Source of the DNA: Squalus acanthias | Lineage: Eukaryota | Assembly: GCA_030390025.1 (NCBI GenBank) | Contig: CM059433.1 | Location: forward strand, 31,374,001 to 31,438,000 | Direction: 5' to 3' | DNA length: 64,000 nt | Part shown: in pieces, positions 62,245 to 64,000 of the stretch | Numbering within the stretch: the stretch's first letter is position 1 | Layout of the letters: each line of letters starts with the position of its first letter | Made by a program: the position numbers and the translations under genes | The notes under the pieces: model-generated | What the model was told of the DNA's origin: nothing | What the model saw: the letters and a program-made list of their open reading frames with translations, nothing else | The model's database searches: none

Positions 62245-63840
62245 AGTTCATGAGACAGTGGCACTGTACCGCTGGGACGGGCTGCACCTGACCCCAGCTG
62301 GGACCAAGGTCCTGGCGGAAATGACAAATAGGAATGTAGAAAGGAGCCTAAACTAGTAAAGGGGGCAGAGAATTCAGGTTGATATAATAGTAACCTAAAG
62401 ATAAGATAAAGGAAGAGAGAAAAGGTCAGAGTACAAAATGTAATAAAGATAACATAAATACTCAGTGAGCAGAAAAGATTGTGGAGGTACCAATAAAATA
62501 CTTGATAGAAATAAGGCAAACATAATGAAAAATAAAAGCATACCAAATTGTCTGTATAGCAATGAATAGAGCTTTAGCAACAAAACAGGAGAATAGGAAG
62601 CGACACTTACGAGTCAGGAAATAGATGTAATCGGAATAACAGAAACATGGTTGCAGACAGAACATGATTGGCAGTTAGATATCGCAGGCTATAATGTATC
62701 TAGAAATGATAGGGAAGGAAGAAGGGGGGATGGGGTAGCTGTGTCAATCAGATGTAACATAATGACAGTAACAAGAAAGGGCATCATTTATATAACTACT
62801 AACGAGATAGTAACAGAATCTAAATAGATTGAGATAAAAAGAAAGGGATTGGTCACACTGTTAGGGATCTGCTACAGACCACCAAATTTCTCATCTCAGT
62901 CCAAAATGGCCGACCCCTTATTCTGAGACTGTGACCCCTAGTTCTAGACTCCCCAGCCAGGGGAAATATCCTCCCAGCATCTACCCTGTCAAGCTCCTTA
63001 AGAATTTTATGTGTTTCAATGAGATCACCTCTCATTTTTCTAAATTCTAGGGAATATAGGCCTAGTCTACTCAATCTCTCCTCATAGGACAATCCCCCCA
63101 TCCCAGGAATCAATCGAGTGAACCTTTGTTGCACTCCCTCTAAGGCAAGTATATCCTTCCTTGGGTAATGAGACCAAAACGGTACACAGTACTCCAGGTG
63201 TGGTCTCACCAAGGCCCTGTATAATTGTAGTAAGACTTCTTTACATTGTACTCCAATCCCTTTGTAATAAAGGCTAACATACCATTTGCTTTCCTAATTG
63301 CTTGCTGTACCTGCAGGTTAACTTTCTGTGATTTATATACAAGGACACCAAGGTCCCTCTGAATACCAACATTTTCCAGTCTCTCACCATTTAAAAAATA
63401 CTCTGCTTTTCTATTTTTCCTACCAAAGTGGATAACTTCACACTTCTCCACATTATATTCCATCTGCCATGTTCTTGCCCATTCACTTAACCTGTCTCTG
63501 TCCCTTTGCAGCCTCTTTGCGTCCTCTTCACAGCTTACTTTCCCACCTAACTTTGTATCGTCAGCAAACTTGGATACATTACACTTGGCCCCTTCATCTA
63601 ACCATTGATATAGATTGTAAATAGCTGAGGCCCAAGCACTGACCCTTGCATTACCCCACTAGTTATATAGGGATGAAGGTTTTACAGTGTGTACAAGACT
63701 CCTTTCTGAGCCAATATATAAGAAGTCCAACAAGGGAGGAAGCAGTGTGGGACTAGTAATGGAAAATGAACTGGAACAGATAAGAGAAGTAAGTGTGGGA
63801 GAACATCTAGGCAATTGTGGACACAATATAACTAGGTTTT
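62245..63840 (+). mobile_element. Old CR1: end of ORF1 esterase and start of ORF2 endonuclease, interrupted by an antisense CR1
   Basis: LYRWDGLHL..AGTKVLA (SGNH-type), DVIGITETWL, CYRPP, ...VGEHLG.C.HN. Confidence 0.7.
62885..63660 (-). mobile_element. CR1 RT/3' fragment
   Basis: KFADDTK, KCEVIHFG, VRPHLEYCV.FW. Confidence 0.9.
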
Positions 63841-64000
63841 TCAAAAATGGCCTAGAATTTCCTGCAATGGCGAGATCGGCGATATACACTGTAAATTATC
63901 CCACTTTGTGTGGCGAACTTACTCCAAAGTTTCCTGGATTTGTAAATAAAATACACCACAGCCAGCATAGTGGCGAATCAGAAAGAGCACAGTACTCCAA

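Overview
Vertebrate nuclear DNA, most likely a shark/elasmobranch judging by the repeat families (HE1-like V-SINE, Deu-domain SINE, shark-type CR1 and Penelope). The only host coding sequence I can support is one 254-bp minus-strand exon (59584-59837) encoding two calcium-binding-type EGF repeats, resembling EYS exon 12, so the window is probably a giant intron. The rest is mostly nested transposable elements: (i) two full-length PIF/Harbinger DNA transposons, each with a DDE transposase and a convergent 3-exon Myb/SANT-like gene, four ~0.75-0.9 kb deletion derivatives (MITEs) of the first one, and several other Harbinger relics; (ii) two Penelope-like families carrying minimal hammerhead ribozyme motifs, including a tandem pair at 1754-1920; (iii) many CR1 and L2 LINE fragments, including two very young, nearly identical CR1 copies with open ORF2; (iv) SINEs and a possible solo LTR; (v) an old ~20-kb-spaced duplication whose two copies gained different insertions. 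All identifications are by eye and from recalled family features. No database search was run, and boundaries without TSDs are approximate.
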